DNA of 51,950 nt from the sequence record SRR20825019_2778, one strand, 5' to 3'. Shown here piece after piece: positions 50,912-51,950 of this stretch. The notes beneath the pieces are model-generated. The model ran no database searches and had not been told where the DNA came from. It saw nothing but the letters and a program-made list of their open reading frames with translations. Both the position numbers and the translations under genes were made by a program. How positions within the stretch are numbered: position 1 is the stretch's first letter; each line of letters opens with the position of its first letter.

Positions 50912-51709
50912 TCAGTTAAGCCAGTTTTCAAGGCTACCCTTTTGTACCGCTTGTTCGGCTGAACCAATGAGTGATTGAAAAGCAGGACGGGACAGAATTA
51001 ATCTGAGCTGCTGTTGGAGCTCAGTCTGATCCATGCCCGCTTTTATAGCCGGCTCATAGAGTAGTTTCAGCAAGATATAGTCCAGTCCACTCAAAAAGTC
51101 GTTGAATGAGCGGTCATTGAATATCGACGGGTAAACGCCGCTTGAGTCATTCACCAGGCCCAGCACCTGAGTCAACTCTTCCACAACACAGCTCATCAGT
51201 TTGCCATGAGCACGGGCCCGATCCACTGGAATCAGCACACTGGCGGCTTGAATTTCGCCTCGGGGTGATGCCTTGACCCGGGCGAGACAGACACTGTCGT
51301 GAATGATTTGTTGACGAAATTCTTTATTGCTGAGGCCAAGGTCCTCCAACAGAGCCTGATCCAAATCCTGTTCCGAGCCGAAAATAATCTGCAGATTAGA
51401 TATTTTTTGTGTTTTTGCAGGCTCGATGTTCAGTCCCGTGATAGTGGATAAATGCTGCAAATGTTGCGAAACCATGCGTTGATGTAATGCCTTGTCAGCA
51501 GTGCGATCATCAATGTGATAGCGGATCGGGCTCGACCACTTATTGAGCTTGCCGCGGTCACCGCCATGTTCGCGGTTGAGCGTGATATCAATAAAACTGC
51601 TTGAGATATAGCCGGGTTTTTGCCAGTGAGGTTTATCAGCCAGTGCTGTCGTTGTCAGTGCGGACAGGAACAGCAGGCAGGGCAGTCGCAGTGAAGTTAA
51701 TGATTTCAT
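50912..51709 (-). CDS. DUF2927-like exported protein
   Basis: Signal peptide, KWSSPI, CVVEELTQVLGLVNDS, PSIFND, LDYILLKLLY. Confidence 0.85.
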   Translation of the reverse strand: MKSLTSLRLPCLLFLSALTTTALADKPHWQKPGYISSSFIDITLNREHGGDRGKLNKWSSPIRYHIDDRTADKALHQRMVSQHLQHLSTITGLNIEPAKTQKISNLQIIFGSEQDLDQALLEDLGLSNKEFRQQIIHDSVCLARVKASPRGEIQAASVLIPVDRARAHGKLMSCVVEELTQVLGLVNDSSGVYPSIFNDRSFNDFLSGLDYILLKLLYEPAIKAGMDQTELQQQLRLILSRPAFQSLIGSAEQAVQKGSLENWLN

Positions 51710-51769
51710 AGCCGAAGTGTAGAGTTAAGCCGCGCTGACGGCAAAAAAGGAATTTATCCTATAGTGTTA

Positions 51770-51860
51770 AAAAGCGCGCGAGACTATGCTGGGGGTAACT
51801 GATATAGCTTTATTGGTTTTCCTCTATACCGCTGCGGGTCTTCCCGTGGCGGTTTTTTTT
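51770..51860 (+). ncRNA. Candidate small RNA (5' end approximate)
   Basis: TATAGT -10 at 51760-51765, CU-rich stretch, orphan plus-strand terminator. Confidence 0.4.
51828..51860 (+). terminator. Intrinsic terminator with no upstream plus-strand gene
   Basis: ACCGCTGCGGG-TCTT-CCCGTGGCGG-T8. Confidence 0.75.
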
Positions 51861-51872
51861 GAGCGGAAAAAA

Positions 51873-51949
51873 TGGCGCGCCCGACAGGACTTGAACCTGT
51901 GACCCTCGGCTTCGGAAACCGATACTCTATCCAGCTGAGCTACGGGCGC
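51873..51949 (-). tRNA. tRNA-Arg (CCG)
   Basis: GCGCCCGTAGCTCAGCTGGATAGAGTATCGGTTTCCGAAGCCGAGGGTCACAGGTTCAAGTCCTGTCGGGCGCGCCA; 77 nt with encoded CCA. Confidence 0.97.
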
Positions 51950-51950
51950 A

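Noticed and set aside
51786..51902. 38-aa hydrophobic ORF MLGVTDIALLVFLYTAAGLPVAVFFERKKWRARQDLNL
   Set aside because: No RBS; runs through a strong terminator and antisense into tRNA-Arg, a common annotation artefact

Overview
A mostly core-genome segment of a gammaproteobacterium, probably a Methylophaga-like marine methylotroph (inferred from mxaD/mxaE-like genes and gene order). It runs between a partial tRNA-Phe(GAA) and tRNA-Arg(CCG). In order it holds: a two-gene heavy-metal-type RND efflux pair; the nnr-tsaE-amiB-mutL operon, which ends in an uncharacterised membrane protein with a split LysM-like domain and a coupled 23-aa membrane microprotein rather than miaA-hfq; queG; a CtpL-like chemoreceptor under a near-canonical Pho box; an orphan histidine kinase; a five-gene UV-repair operon (DUF2256, DEDDh/GIY-YIG nuclease, DUF3429, FeS-BCP photolyase, CPD photolyase); orn, an M48 protease, a small Cys-bearing cytochrome c, a diguanylate cyclase, an LplT-like MFS, a USP and trxB; ftsK-lolA-rarA and rsmJ; mxaD-mxaE with a PhoP-type direct repeat upstream and a terminator inside mxaE; mlaFEDCB-ibaG-murA-hisGDC; metXW-pyrE, yggT-proC-yggS and pilTU; an OmpA lipoprotein with Ca-binding repeats, a DUF2927 protein and a candidate sRNA. 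Two non-coding inverted-repeat elements with 8-9-nt periodic arms also occur. No transposase, integrase, prophage or CRISPR array was seen. All family calls come from motif recognition by eye; no database search was run.
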